Assembly: GCF_001194135.2 (NCBI RefSeq)
Contig: NC_068985.1
Location: 69,199,134-69,263,133, forward strand
DNA length: 64,000 nt
Direction: 5' to 3'
Origin: Octopus bimaculoides
Lineage: Eukaryota
Shown here: positions 37,791 to 51,400 of the stretch, in pieces
How positions within the stretch are numbered: the stretch's first letter is position 1
Layout: each line of letters opens with the position of its first letter
The notes under the pieces: model-generated
Database searches by the model: none
What the model was told of the DNA's origin: nothing
What the model saw: the letters and a program-made list of their open reading frames with translations, nothing else
Program-made: the position numbers and the translations under genes

Positions 37791-40704
37791 GTTGTTGTTA
37801 TTGTTTTTTCAGCACCTGATCTTGGTCCTGCGCTTTTTCAGCGTTTTCATGTAGTAGAAATTGAAATTTAGATTTGGTCTTTCACCTAAACATATTCTTT
37901 GACAACATTACAGAACCTGACTTAGACCCACTGTCCGGTATTGATGTGAATGTTTTATCGGATTCTGCGATCGACATAAACAACTTCTTGCGTCTGGAAT
38001 TCTGTAGAGAGAAATTTTGTGTAAGAAATATTTGAAAATATATGCAGATATATTCAGCACTGTAGGCTATATGTTATTCCTATTTTAAGTTTCTATGATA
38101 TGATTTAGGAGATGCTGTGCTGTGAGATGAAGAAGTTCGATTCGCGCTACTGAGGCCACTTGCTTCGCTCCGGAGATTCTAGCATCGTGCCCATGTATAT
38201 ATAAATGAAAATAAAATGATGATGCGCATATGTATACACGCATAACAAATATAATCACACCCGTGATACGTATGTGTGTAGATATGAGTATATGTATAAC
38301 TAATACACACACACACATACACGTATATATATGTATATACATATATGTTTATATATTTGTGTATGTATGTATGTTTGTGCGTGTGCGTGTGTGTGTCTAT
38401 CAATCAAGAAGTTTTCCTGAAATACTCCGTAGTATTGATTTGCTTTAGATCATTTGATTCATTTCATTTTTCATTAATTATTTTATTTATTCATTTATGT
38501 AATTACGTATTACATATACAGTTAATATGTCTTTGATCGTTTTATATCTTCAAAGGCTATTAGTCTTTTTAATATATATCGTTTTTCGTTTACTAGCGTT
38601 ATTTAGTGAATATCATATGGAAAGAAAGTTCAGTGAGTGAATAGATAATTTACTGAGTGAAAGGGAAAGAGAGACGGGGGAGGTGAGTGAAGTGTAGTTT
38701 GTGAAGAGAAAGTGTGTATTTGAAAGAAAGGGTGAGAAGAAAGGGAAATGAAACGGTTGAGAAGTAAAGTGAGCGGGGTGTACGGCGTGGAGAAGTTCCC
38801 ATATTGTAATAAAACTAAATCGTATAGCATGAGTTGCTGATTTGATTTCCCAGTAGAAGCTTTGCTGAACAAAGAGGATAAAACTGTATTGCCTGACTTC
38901 AGATTAGACTCTATAGAGAAAATTGGTAAGAAACAATAAATGTTTCCTCATAATGTTGCCTATATATAGCATTGTCAGATACACGGTGAAGCGGCAGATG
39001 CAAGATATGGAATAAAAAACAATTTGGTTGTTAATAGGTCGCCTGGATGTTCGGTTGTTGCTTAGCTGCAAGATAACGTCGACTGAGCAGACTCAGGATC
39101 AACGATATTCCATCTGGGACTTAGCCCTTTTTTTTTTGGAGTGGAATTTTAAAAGCGGCAAATTTAGCCATATTTTACAAAGTTGCTATGATACATGTTA
39201 ATAACATGAGGAAAATGTGAGTAATAAATCTACTAGGCTGAGGCTATTCAACGTAATGCTTGTCTCCGTACTTGACTTGACAGTTGGATTCTTGGTTGGT
39301 ATTTTGTTCTTGTAGTTGTGGTTTCGACTCTCATTATTGCACTTTTGTGCTCTGTTTTATCAACCGCTGACTCAAAGCCATAAAATCTACAATATCATTC
39401 TCTCAAACGAAGTGGAAAATGTTTCCTATACTTTCTCATATGAAGAGCGACAACCAAAAGGCTCCGATGTTGTCCGCATGTTTTTTGTTCGGTGAGTAGG
39501 TGTTGCCCTTTTTCCTGGTGTTAGAATGTACATACATTCAATGTCAATCCGACTATGGACATCTTTTCTTACTCAGCTATGACGTGCTTTAATCAATGTA
39601 GCATTCTTTTGTGTCTCAAGAAAACAATATGATTTGATTTGAAAGACACTTGAGTTTTAGAGCACCGAGTGACGATGTACAAGTCACTCATATATTCGAG
39701 GTTGACTCATTAACAGCAAGCACCAAAAATATTCAGTTCAACATCTCATGGTAATATTTTCAAGGCAGATCGTATGAATTGAAGAGGAAACCATACGATA
39801 AATCTAACTAAACCACATGGATCATTGACATATAGTATGTGAGAGAGAAGAATATACATCTATCCATGCATTTTTTTACTCCCTCTCGTTTCAGTCATTG
39901 AACTGCCGCAGTTTTGGGGTATCACTTTACTCTCACTATGTACGGGCTAACAAGTCTAATGTAGAAACAAATGTTCTCCGCTTAGAGAGAGAGTTTGAAA
40001 ACTCGAACCAAAAATCACTCGTTTGTGTAACTTCCCAACATGCAATCATCAATTTAAGGGTGTAATATAAATCGAATATTCAACAACTCTGATACAAACA
40101 GTAACGTACAACATAAGAACAGTAGGGGAGTCTCCAGTGTATGGGGCGTGCGGACTGCAGAGGGTTGCCAGCTTACTGTGTTCGAGTTACTTTAATTGCT
40201 TTATGCTCAAGTAAAGAGATAGGTAACACATCCAACACAGAAACTGCAGAAACACAGGCTACTGCTACCCCATTTCATTAGGAAAACTTTATGGGCTTGA
40301 GTACCCTGAATAATTTAAACAAAAATAAATTAAGGAGAGTAACTGAGGGTGGTCAAAGGTATGGACACAAATATTTTTTACGCTTTTTGTAAATGCCTAC
40401 GTGCGCCAACTTTTAAATTAATGGCATATACAGAGACAGAAAAAAACGAGTCCGTAGCAGTCCTACACTCAGAATGTATTTTCCTCATTGTCATGTAATC
40501 TTCGGAAAAACTTTGATGATCATTGCCATTGTGTTGTATGTTTATCTAATCTCAACGAGAATGAATTTAATAAGCTAAGAGTAATTCGTAACATATTTAA
40601 CATACGTTTGGGTTATTTTAAAATGATTATCTAGGTAACTGACAACGCTGATGCATTTCCATAGGTAATTTTATTTCACACAAACACATATTAAATATGT
40701 ATGT

Positions 40705-41280
40705 ATGCAGAATGGTGGACAGAAAATTTCATAGTATGATCAAAGAAGTATGATCAAATGTGGATTATATTTCCTCATACTGCCCCTTGAAGTCCACACA
40801 AATCTTCCATAGATGTAGCGTTACTTGAGCGCCGTTGATGAGGAAGCTTTCCTACATCAAAAATGGGATCAACAACCTATTTGACGTTATCACCATGCTG
40901 CAGTACGCTTCTCAACCAAATGGTGTTTCACGTTGGGGAACAGATGATAGTTAGATGGGGTAAAATATGGTGAATAGGAGCTATGGTCAACCAGTTCAAT
41001 GCAACAGTCACGTAGAACAGCCATTGAAACCAAGGATTTGTGCATTGGAACATTGTCCACATGAAACGAAACACTTTTCGTCAGTTTTCTTCGGCTTTTG
41101 ATCTATCAAGACCAAACGCTCAAGAAAGGTGAATAAAATTCGTCAGTACCTCAGCAAGATGGTGGAGTACGCTCCATTGATGGTGTGGGCTTTTTGACAA
41201 AAAGGGAATTAACACAATGCTTTTGTATTCCAAATTCTGAGGCCATCTCCTTCCTTGCGGATAAAACGCATTGTTAGGAG
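40705..41280 (-). mobile_element. mariner transposase 3' half, degenerate (second family)
   Basis: Minus translation LTKSVSFHVDNVPMHKSLVSMAVLRDCCIELVDHSSYSPYFTPSNYHLFPNVK (cf. LFHQDNAPAH...HPPYSPDLAPSDYHLF), ending ...VDFKGQYEEI*. A possible TIR remnant lies at 40710-40734. Confidence 0.85.
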
Positions 41281-41315
41281 CTATATCATACACCACTTAA
41301 AAAGAAAACTAAGGC

Positions 41316-41422
<107 letters not shown>

Positions 41423-41779
41423 TTGCTGCCGACGGGTGCGTTTATAACCAGATGGAGGCAAGTGGCGCACCTGTTGTACATGAATGTGGCTAACTTGAGC
41501 GTGCACCCATAAATCTCCTATGTGAGAGCAGTATTGGATCGTGGTTTGTGGGGTCTCCATGACCAACATCATATTTTTATAGTGTCACAATTTTTATATT
41601 GCCTCCTCTTTCCATATTGTGCCCCCATCCACCTATTCCATGCCTGAATACGACTCCTGCTTGCTATTGTCTTCCTGTATTGTCCATCTGTAGCCCGCTG
41701 TCGCAAATAAAAAATTAAATTTCTTGCCGAGACAACCAGACAAATAATGTGTTTATAGTGATGAATCGTTTGAGTACAC

Positions 41780-41975
41780 ATAAGGTCACTCCCTCCATCA
41801 AATTGACATTACTTGTACAGATGCCCCGTGTACCACATGTCAAATGACGAAATACTCGCAGAGCAACGTCAGATGAATGGCTTTGCTCAAGAAAAGAACT
41901 GAACGGTGGGTCTAGGAATTGAAACCATAATCCTTAAATCGTGATTGCAGCACTCTAACCAGTAAGCCATGCGCA
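41780..41975 (-). mobile_element. tRNA-derived SINE related to 9361-9609
   Basis: Minus strand: GCGCATGGCTTACTGGTTAGAG (A box)...GGTTTCAATTCC (B box)...CTTGAGCAAAGC. Confidence 0.75.
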
Positions 41976-42025
41976 TTCATATATATGTGTGTGTGTGTGC
42001 AATTTTTGGTGTATCCAACATATAC

Positions 42026-42083
<58 letters not shown>

Positions 42084-44502
42084 NNNNNNNNNNNNNNNNN
42101 NNNNNNNNNNNNNNNNNNNNNNNNNNNNNNNNNNNNNNNNNNNNNNNNNNNNNNNNNNNNNNNNNNNNNNNNNNNNNNNNNNNNNNNNNNNNNNNNNNNN
42201 NNNNNNNNNNNNNNNNNNNNNNNNNNNNNNNNNNNNNNNNNNNNNNNNNNNNNNNNNNNNNNNNNNNNNNNNNNNNNNNNNNNNNNNNNNNNNNNNNNNN
42301 NNNNNNNNNNNNNNNNNNNNNNNNNNNNNNNNNNNNNNNNNNNNNNNNNNNNNNNNNNNNNNNNNNNNATATATGCATATATATATATACATATATATAT
42401 ATATCCATATTTATATTGACGCATTGCCGGCTCCAACACAAGCAGTAGTCTGGCGGGTAGCTCAGATAAAACAATCTGAACATCGAATTGAACATACTAC
42501 ATTTTCATCGCGATGATTAAGAAGAGAGCTTTTCAAGTTTAAGTATAGAGGTTCTGTTAGTGAAATATTATGCGGTCACCATACAATGCCATTACAAATA
42601 GCAATACGTCTATAAACTATTCAAGATTACGTGGTGTTATAGACAATCAGAGGACGATGCTAGCGGTTTGCAGCAGCAAGGATCTTGTATATTATACCAA
42701 TTTGAAATTTTGGAATGTCTTGAATACCGTAGTTTTCGATAAGCTACAACTTCAACGAATTTATTTATGAAAGCTGCTGCCGATCTTCAGCTATCCTGAG
42801 CTTTAAATTTTTGAGAGGTCTGGAAATGAGAGAGATGTTATCATTTTGGAATCTCCAGCTTCAAGAAGAAGAAAAAAATATTATTAGCATAGATCTAAAG
42901 ATGTACAGCTGGGATACTAGTTAATCGAGTAAATCAATTTAACACATACTTTATCAACCTCGGAATGATGTAATGTAAAGCCAACTTCCGCGGAAATTGA
43001 ATGTAAAAAGTCAGAAATAAATATTGGAAGAAATTTTTTCCGATGTTCTAACTCTTAGTATCCCAACTAAATTACTTTAATTGATCATGTTTAGAATGAG
43101 TTAATGCGTTAATCTACATCATCATTGTTGTAGTTGTTTGCGAACCCTGATTGAGTAGACATAGATTAAATATAATGAAACTGTCTGCGTCTTGCTTGTG
43201 GTATGCAAGTCAGCATTATCTAAACACTTCTGTTTCAATATAATTCTGTGTGATTCGAAGAACATATTGCTGCTATTTCTGAAAGGTTCAGGGCTATCAT
43301 ATATTTCTCATGAGTATTTAATTGAGAAATGTTTTTGTTTCCCCTGTAAGGTCACTCACGTAACTTCGTGTTGTCTGATTTGGTGAACTCCTGTCCCAGG
43401 ACTATATAAATGCCATTTTTTTCACCCGAATAATTAAGTAACAATGCTTAGGAAATTCGCCGTTATAGTGTTGCTCCACCTGCATGATATATTAACCAAA
43501 TCTTCGTCACATCACCCATTACTATCTTTGCACATGACTGATACAGTTAATATGATGATAAATATACTAAATATAAGTTGTAGTTTTTGAAATCCCTTCG
43601 ATCACAATACTAAATAGTCAAGACAAACTTTGGGCTAAACAGCAATAGTAAATATACGTAAACTAAAGTATATATTTTGTATTTGACTATAAATGTATGT
43701 CAAAATCCTCACAGTAAAAAAGTGAAGTTATATCTCGATATCTTCCAATATATATAAAACTACTGTTAGATCAAACCAATTTATACTCTATATGGATGTA
43801 TATCATAGATATTGATTTTTATGGAAAGCGATATATTTCAGTTTTATTGAATGGCGCAATATGAAGGTCGGGATTTTCAAAAACAAAATAGCCAATAGTG
43901 AAGAGAAATGTTGACTAATATGAAATAAAAACTTGTGCACAAATCTTATCGAGAGTTTCCAGCCGCTCTATATATTTCACGAACTCTAAGAATTTGTACG
44001 AATAACTTTGAAACTGAAATTACTTATCAGACTTCGGAATTATATGTTAATTTTCTTGTAATGGTATCTTATGTTATATAACACAGAATTAACATTTATA
44101 TTAACTCTAACAAAACAATACATTGAATACATATATTTCAAGCCGGCACTATTTCATAAACCCATCATAACTGCATACAAATAAAGTTAAGTATTTAATA
44201 TTCACAAAATACACCGCTGAGCATAACAAAAATAAAATCGGCAATATTTTGAATTGGAAACATTTCATTTATTTTGTGATGAAATGACAATACTGAAAAT
44301 GATATGGTCTATGACAGGAAATGGTAAAATTCCTATTAAATTCTAAGAAGAGTAGATTTCCTTTGAATAGCACACAAGTGTCGGCCAAACAATAGAATTC
44401 ATATCTAGATACTAGAATGATAGATAACTGAAATTTTAAAGAATAAAACATTAGATTTAGATTAACATTTTATTTTGAAATATTTCAATATAGTGTTTAA
44501 TG

Positions 44503-44561
<59 letters not shown>

Positions 44562-45074
44562 GCACACATGTGTTATATATTGGAGAAGAGAATCTTGTGT
44601 AAAGTATAATCATCAATGTGAGCATCTATAGAGTTTATAAAAAAATAAATATGCCTTAACAATAAAGACAGTGAGACAATTAAGTATACAAAATCCCGTA
44701 CATATACATACATATTTACACACAAATTCAATAAATATTGAAGTAATGTTCTATAGATAATATATCACAATTTAAATTAAAATCTAACATTATTCACCTA
44801 AGCTTACGATTCAAGTTAATACTTAATTGATACAAATATAGCATAGTGAATAGAGAACAGAGTCAAGGAAAAGACGACATACCGGATAAGACTCTAATCA
44901 TTGAATGACTAGAGAAATCACAGAGTTAAAACAATTTGCATTGGTGTGTGGTGAATTTGCACGCAGAGATTTGCATGGAGATCTAAATTAACAATGTCGT
45001 ATCTGTTCAGTTGTCCAATAGATGGTTATTAAATCACCAAAAATAAATATTTATAAATATATATAGTTATATAT

Positions 45075-46370
45075 TTCAATACGGAGCAAATACTTCAAGA
45101 AAAAATAATTTGCGAAGATAACAATAATAATATCAGAATCAATAATATAGGCGATTGCAGGCCTCACAAAAAGCATTAAATAGTTGAAGGAAAAACATTA
45201 ATCAAAGAACATACCAACTATGTCTACTTACCGGAAATGACTGTCAGAACTCTTATTTAAATCGCCAAAATACACTAATAATAACTACAGAAATCAACCG
45301 TCCGAAGTCAAAATGGCTAAGACAATCTCTCAGTATGCATTCAACATTTGGCCTCACCTGGATCGGTTTCTGGATTAGCAAAATATCCTCAGCTTCCTCA
45401 GCACGCGTTACCATGATAGGGAGCATCTAACACGCCATGGTGAAGTCTGCCTAGCAACTGATGTGTTTTGCGTCGAGTCATGGCAACCACCACTGTCAAA
45501 ATAATTTCAATAGCGAGCAAAGAACTCACGACAAAAATAATTCAGGAAAAAGTAATTTGCGTAGATATCATTGACGTTATTATTATCTAATATTACAATT
45601 TAAAGATGATAATAACAGAATGTATAATATAGACGATTCCATGACCCCAAAAGCATTAAATAGCTGAAGGGTTAAAATTAATCGATTGACGTACTAGGTA
45701 TGCCTACCTGCTGGAAATAACAGTAAAAACTCTTATAGAAATCGTCAAAATAAACTGATAACTACATAAATGAACCATTTGATGACAAACGAGCTTAGTC
45801 AATCTATCAGCATACATTCAAGTATTTAGACCCACGTAGACCGGTTTCTGGACATTGATAAGAGCCTCATTTTCCTCAGCACACGTTACCATGATAGAGA
45901 GCCACAACCCGTCATGTTGAAGTCGGTGCAACAACTGATTCCTTTTGGTCCGAATCTTGGCAGCTACCAGTGTGATAATAATTTCAATTTTCTCTAGAAA
46001 AATAATACACGAAAAAATAATTTGCGAAGATATCATTGACTCTATTATTAGTTAGTTGAACAATTTAAAAACTATAATAACAGAATCAATCATATAGGCG
46101 ATCGCAAGCCCTCCCCACAAAGCATTAAATAGCTGAAGGATTAACATTAATAAGTATGTCTACTTGCTGGTAATAACAGTCAAAACTCTTATATAAATCG
46201 CTAAAATACACTGATAATAACTACAGAAATCAACTGTCCGAAGGCATACGCGCGAAGACAAATATCTCAACATACATTCTAGTATTTGTCCTCACGTGGA
46301 CCGGTTCCTGGACTGGCATAATAGCCTCACCTTCCCCATCGCGCGTTACAATGATAGAGAGCCCCAACAT
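45075..46370. repeat. diverged tandem triplication, unit ~460-480 bp
   Basis: Anchors: GCATTAAATAG at 45173/45654/46122; CGTTAC at 45406/45884/46344; GAAAAA.TAATTTGCG.AGAT at 45099/45546/46011. Confidence 0.92.
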
Positions 46371-46386
46371 ATATATNNNNNNNNNN

Positions 46387-46426
<40 letters not shown>

Positions 46427-47499
46427 ATTTATACATAAACATCTATAAACATACACATATATATATGCGTATAATATATATATGTATGTATGTATAACGT
46501 GTGGAAATCGTGCCACTTTACAGTAACACCACATCTATTGAAATCTTTGTATCATAATATATAACGCTTGGTTATGAGGGATGGTAGCTTTATTTACTCT
46601 TAAACACAAGTTAAAAACACAATATGAAAGTAGCGCAAACATCATTGCAGGAATGACTTACAAGACCAACAAATGTGTTTCGCTCTAGCTCGTGCTTGTC
46701 AATGATGTGCAACGCGTGTCACATGCTTTGATGAAATTCTTAATTAGCAGAGATAATAGCAGAAAGGGTAAAATAATATAGAAAATAGTTTGTCTGCCTA
46801 TTCTAACGGAAAATGTTTACGGGGTCATTATAACTGAACAAAAACGGTCACCTGTATACTTTGGCTTACACAATGTTTGAAGGTGTTTGATTTCGAAATC
46901 CGATTATTATATCGTTCTTTCTATTAATTTCACCAATATAGCAATCCTTAAAGCAGTGAGTTGGGAGAATCGTCAGTACACAAGATAACATGCTTTACAG
47001 CATTTTCCCGTCTTTACGTGCTCACAGTTTGCTGAGATCATCTTTGCCTTTCATTGTTTCGTGGTCGATAAAATGAATACCAGTTAGCGGGGCCAATGTC
47101 ATCAACTTACCCACTCTCCAGATATTGCAGAACGTGTTCAAAAATTTGAAATTAATATAATATACACGATCCTTGCTGCTGCAGACCACTAGCATTGTCC
47201 TCTGATTCTCTATAACGCCACTTATTCTTCAATAGTTTATAGGCTTATTGTTATTTGTAATGGGATTGTATGGTGACTGCATAATATTTCGCTAACAGAA
47301 CATCACTACTTAAACTCGAAAAGCTCTCTTCTTAATCATCGCGATGAAAATATAGTATGATCACTTCGTAGTCCAGGTTGTATTACTTGAGCTATACACC
47401 GGGCTATTGTTTGTGTTGGATCCGCTTTTTAAGTAGTGGATGAAATAGCTTGTTTTGTTACACCAGTGCCGGAGAGAAAATTGCCAGTCCTTATCCTTG

Positions 47500-49260
47500 T
47501 CACAGGCGTCAATTACACGACCACTTTCGCTATAGCCACCGAGCAGAGAAATGCTGCCTGCTTTTCCCGGCAGGCGGAACACTCTTAATTATGGACTCAG
47601 TCGACAACTGTGTTCCTCCCAGATGCGACAGTTTCAACGTTTTCGACATAAACCAATAGATCGGAAATCAGCGGACACCTCTTAGCTAGCAATTTGGGCA
47701 AAAGAGTCAGCTCTGCATTGAGTGATGGGCCTGAAGTTATCTGGTACGTCCCGTTTGTTTGAGTCCATAAGCTAGGACAGATTATGTTCTGCTGCCAGTT
47801 GCCATAAATGCTCGTCAGTATGTTCCCAAACAAGCCTGGCATATTGTAGTAGAATTCACAGGATAGACCATCCAGACCCGGACACTTGCCCCCGACGCAT
47901 CGTGATAGGGTCTCTTCCACCTTCACAGCTGAGATCGGCCCTTCAGAGCACCCCACCTCCCGCACCGAGAGTTGTGGCAGTCCATCTAGGAAGTCCGAGA
48001 AGTCCATACTGCCTTCTGTCCCACCACTCAACCCGAATAGCTGAGTGAACTGCTGGTGACGAACCTCACACATTTTGTCGGATTCGTTTACTATACACCC
48101 TTTTTGGTTGGCCAATGACAGTATGGTGGTCTTGTTGCCACGCTGAGCATCAACCACACGGTTGATTCCCCTTTGTATCATAGCACGTGTCTTAGCTCTG
48201 ACAATGAATCCTTCGTGCTTGGCATTGAGGTGCTGACGGAGGGTCAATCTTGCTGCCAGCCCATTCGGTGTATTGCCTGAATTCAGTGCCTCTTGTAGTG
48301 AGCTAAGTATTTTCTATATTCTTTTTTTCTAAACCTAAAACTTTGCTATATCTAACTCATTCAAATTTAATAGATGTTTTTTTAGGGCGTACCACCAGTT
48401 GTTGTTGATGGCTCCTTTTAGTACCTTTTTCACTACATCTCTACACCGGTCATAGTAGGCTTTACTCGCCAGTAGTGTCGTGTTTAGCGTCCAGTAACCG
48501 GGGCCCTGCCTACAGAATCTGAGTCAAGCGTACAGATTACAAATTTGTGATCCATATAGCTGACGAACCGAAATAGTGGACAATTAGCACTCGTTTTAAC
48601 AGCTGACCTAATGAAGACTCTATCTAGGTAAAATACGAAAGACTCGATGCTGTTGGTTCATGTTCACATTGGCGCATTCGGGTAATGCATTCTCTAGCTG
48701 TCAGCCAAATGAAAGCGACTGAGTAGGTTAACGAGGCTTGGGTTCCATTTTCTATCTGTAGTCGAGCCAATACAATTCACAGGTGCATCTAGCATTGTGT
48801 TAAAGTCACCAACTAACACTAACGGGCGCGACGTACAAAGGAAGGCCTCTAGACGTCTTAAGTAGTTTAACTGACCTGTATCATTTGGTGTATAGAGAGC
48901 GACCAGTCTCAGGTTACTACCACTGCTTGCGTCACGTAAATACGACAAGCCTGACCTCTGTGTCCACGAAGATTGTTCTGATCTCTAAGTCCAATTTTTT
49001 TCTGAACGAGTCCACAGTTCCCCACCCGCACCACCTCTGGGCTGGCATTGAAATACGTAAATCTCGTAACCATCGAAGAAGAGAAAGAAAGCCTGTGGCT
49101 CCGTCTGTCTGGTTTCGCTAGTGAATATCACGTCCAATTTCAATGGCCTGAGATCTTTTATCAAGTAGCCTTGTTTCCAGTTCGATCCCAAGCCATGCAT
49201 ATTCACACTGCCAAGCTTGAGTGAAAATATGAGGTGAGAGAAAAAGTGCTCACTTCCTTG
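47500..49260 (-). mobile_element. L1/Tx1-clade LINE ORF2 fragment (APE endonuclease to start of RT), degenerate
   Basis: LKLGSVNMHGL..LDVIFTSETR (APE I/II), LRLVALYTPN..LVLVGDFNTMLD, YLDRVF..DHKFV, GYWTLNT, KCPGLDGLSCEFY, LNAELTLLPKLLAKR. Confidence 0.92.
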
Positions 49261-51200
49261 GTGCCTTCTGTGGGTGGGTGTGGTGGGTGAATGTCTACCC
49301 TCCCGTCTCAGTGTGGCCTGTGGGTGTACTTGATTCAATTAAGGAACAAGTGTTTCGTGATTGTTAATTGAAGAATTCCAATGTCATCAGGGAATATTTT
49401 TTTTTACATACATATAATGATGGTTAATAATGTAGAAGAACTGTGTGTGAGCAGGAACGTGTGGGGAGGGGGAAGAGGGTGCGCTGAATGGGGTGATACG
49501 AGAGCTTTTATTTGTGCGTTCTACGAGTTGTGTGTTAATGGTGTTGATGGGTGTGATGTTGATGACAGTGTCTTGTGATTATTGTTGGGCTGGTGTTTGT
49601 GATGCTTGTATATGTGTGAGGAGTGTGCGTGCAGTCGGATTTTTTTAGTGGTACGAAGTGGAGTAGGAGAAATGTTTTTACGTTTTCCTTTTTTCACGAC
49701 GTCCTTCCATTCGGAATCTTTTGCATCTGTAGTAGGGGCATCTTGGGTGTGTTGTAGATTCATTGTCTTGCTGTCACTGTTGGTGGTCTGGTAGTAAATG
49801 ATTTTTGCTCCCTTGCTTTTAACATTCTCTTCTTTCATTACATCCCATACTTAATTGTTATTTCTTCTTATGTCTCCTACAATAGTTTAATTTTGTTTCC
49901 TTTTCTCCCTTTCTAATTTATTACGTTATAGCTTATATATTTCTATCCTTACTACATCTCCTAAAATGTTCTCATATCTCTCCTCTTAACAATAGACTTC
50001 GTATGTATAACACAAACTTAATCATCATATTTGCATTTGAATTACCACTTTTCCACATGTTCTCCTTTATTACTCTTCCATGTTACCTTAATACGGATCT
50101 TGCGTAAACAAGAGTCCTTAATACAAATCCATTTCTTTATTTTTATTCACTCTTCCTCCCACTAGATTTTCATAAATGATACATTCACTTTCTAGTATAA
50201 GCTTTAAAAATATATTTGTTTTATGTTAAAATTTGTTCATCTTTTTATGAATTACTAAAAAATACCAATTAAAACATACCATTAAAAAAATACCATCTGC
50301 TCTCATGCCGTAGTATCGTCCCACATTTTTGGAGGGACCCCAACCGCATATTTACCCTCTATTTTATTTGTTCTTCTATTCACTGCTCGAACATTAAGAA
50401 CAAGGGAATGCACTTCTGGCAAACTGGGAAATGTACTTGCTCAAAAATGATATGAACTGCATTATGCTATCACTTATGTCGTAGAAATTGAAAAACACAT
50501 GTTTGCATATTTTGAATCTTGAAATTTCTTTTAATCTTTAATTAGCTAAATAATCAACAGATAAACTGTCAAACTATTATTGCAACGTTTTAGGTGTCGA
50601 ATTTAATACACATGTTCAATAGTTAGGCTGCTTATATAAAAATGGGAATTCTTTAAGCATAATATCCTTTAATATTGAAAATGAGAAAACGAAAATAGAA
50701 AATAATAGCTAGAAACTGCCACCGGACTCAGTCCAGCTCTCTTTCATTATATTATCCGTGTGTCGTAGAAATGATATGCAGGATGCTAAACATTTTATTC
50801 AAATTTGTCTGACAGCTAACCGGGGAGAGCAGTGAAGTCGTTCCCGCAGCATTGGAATTAAGATAATGAGGACAATGGTGCATTTGTGATATTGGTGACA
50901 GAAGAATCTGTGGTCAGATCCAAATTAGCAAACCTCTGATCACTAATTTTTCATATAGCACTGGATGTTACTATCCAAAATATGTCTCTAATTTCAACTC
51001 GTTCTGGTGAAATATCATACATATTTTGTTACAGATGCAATAAGGACAACTCTTGTAGCTGTTTGTCTTCAGATGAAATCATAGCAAACTGAAACATGAT
51101 CAATCATTCTGATTTAGTTGCATCTACAATCAATGAATGCGATGTTCAAGATTTTATGAAGGCACAGTTTGAATTTAATGTTGTTAGTATTAGTGGTGGT

Positions 51201-51400
51201 GAAGACGGTGAACTGGCAGAATCGTTAGCACGCAGTTCAAAATGCTTAGCAGTATTTCGTCTGTCTTTACATTCTCAGTTCAAATTTCACCAGGGTTGAC
51301 TTTGTTTCCTATCTTCTCTGAATCGATAAAATTAGTACCTGTGGAGTAGCGGGGTCGATGTAATCCACTAGTCCCCTCCCACGAAATTTCAATCCATGCG
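51201..51400 (+). mobile_element. tRNA-derived SINE (same family as 8438)
   Basis: GACGGTGAACTGGCAGAATCGTTAGCACG...AAATGCTTAGCAGTATTTCGTCTG...CAGTTCAAATTTC...TCGATAAAATTAGTACC...GGGGTCGATGTAATC. Confidence 0.85.

Noticed and set aside
49330-49395. Minus-strand CTGATGA...GAAAC hammerhead-like pair
   Set aside because: Stem II is misregistered and there is no stem I complement after the triplet.
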